Source: Lama guanicoe (taxonomy: Eukaryota). Taken from it: a DNA stretch of 64,000 nt. The position numbers and the translations under genes were made by a program. Shown here in pieces: positions 63,187-64,000 of the stretch. The notes under the pieces were generated by a model. That model searched no databases, had not been told where the DNA came from, and saw only the letters and a program-made list of their open reading frames with translations. The DNA is taken from contig MU055744.1 of assembly GCA_013239625.1 (NCBI GenBank), positions 588,355-652,354 of the forward strand. Direction: 5' to 3'. Numbering within the stretch: the stretch's first letter is position 1; each line of letters begins with the position of its first letter.

Positions 63187-64000
63187 CCACGCTGAGCGGG
63201 CAGCCGGGGCGCCCGGTGACAGGACCCTCACTGCAAGGCCCCCCCTCTGGCCTCTGCCCGCAAAGCCGCACGGGACACCCGGGAGCGGACAAGCTGCTTC
63301 TCAAGTGCCTTCTCAGCGCGGCCGCTGGACGGACGCTAGGCTGAGGTGGATCTGTTTCTGTGTCTTTCTGAGCTGCTGGCCACGCCAGGGAGCGGGGACG
63401 GGGAGCATCTGATCTCCCCCCAGGCCCTCCTCACAAACCCAGCAGAGCAAGCCTGGCCCACTGTGTCTCCCCAGCAGAGGAGGGGGCGCGGGTCCCCTCC
63501 TGACAGTGCCCATGGGATCGCTGGCCGCTGTGTCTCGGACCCTGCCCCCCACCCCAAAATGCAGCTATGCTAAACACACCAGGGAGAATCTAAATTGACG
63601 CTGTCCACTTATTTAGAGAGATACATATGTAACTAGAGCTGCATGCGGTGGGCGGGGCCTGAGCCCCCTCCCTCCCTGCGGGGTGGGGAGGGCGCAGAGC
63701 GCCGGCCAGCTCCCTGCGCGGCCACCGGACACTGACTTCCAGCTGGGCTTTGAGGAGAGAGAGTTATACCAACCGCAGTCCGGGCCGTCAGGGTTCCTCT
63801 TGGACGGACGGTGACTGACTGGAGGAGGGACGCATGCGCAGAGAAAGGCCGGGGGGCGGGGGGACGGGTGGTGCACTGGACACAGAAGGACCTGAAGCCA
63901 CCAGTGCCGGGCGGGTACCCGGGGGGCTGGCATGGTGGAGCCTCTGCTCCGTGTTGGATCCCAGAGCCCCGGCGTGAGCCCTGGCCTCCCGGTGGGGAAG

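Overview
Eukaryotic (mammalian) DNA, very GC/CpG-rich. It is most likely camelid, judged from two tRNA-Ala-derived Vic-1-type SINEs, one carrying the TAAATAAAC-TAATTACCTCCCCC-type tail. The window matches the human 9q34.3 interval COL5A1-FCN2-FCN1-(OLFM1), read in reverse. The right end holds the last two coding exons and the ~2.4-kb 3'UTR of COL5A1 on the minus strand, intact, with three miR-29 seed sites and three poly(A) signals. The middle (37.4-47.2 kb) holds a wrecked ficolin locus. An FCN1/ficolin-beta-type exon 1 lies on + (ATG>ACG, two frameshifts) with its ETS/PU.1 promoter motifs still present. FCN2/ficolin-alpha-type fibrinogen-domain exons lie on -, with frameshifts, stops, altered splice donors and a 39-bp triplication through the ligand-binding motif. 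The left ~37 kb has no recognisable protein-coding gene; it contains old L1, MaLR and ERV LTR, MIR and simple repeats, plus AT-rich homeobox-motif islands that look like conserved enhancers. Other points of interest are two solo LTRs 43 kb apart sharing a perfect 105-bp tract (possible ectopic gene conversion) and strong AT>GC drift in the repeats (possible GC-biased gene conversion). Almost all ORFs in the supplied track are GC-content artefacts. Homologue sequences and repeat consensuses were recalled from memory, not searched, and repeat boundaries are approximate.
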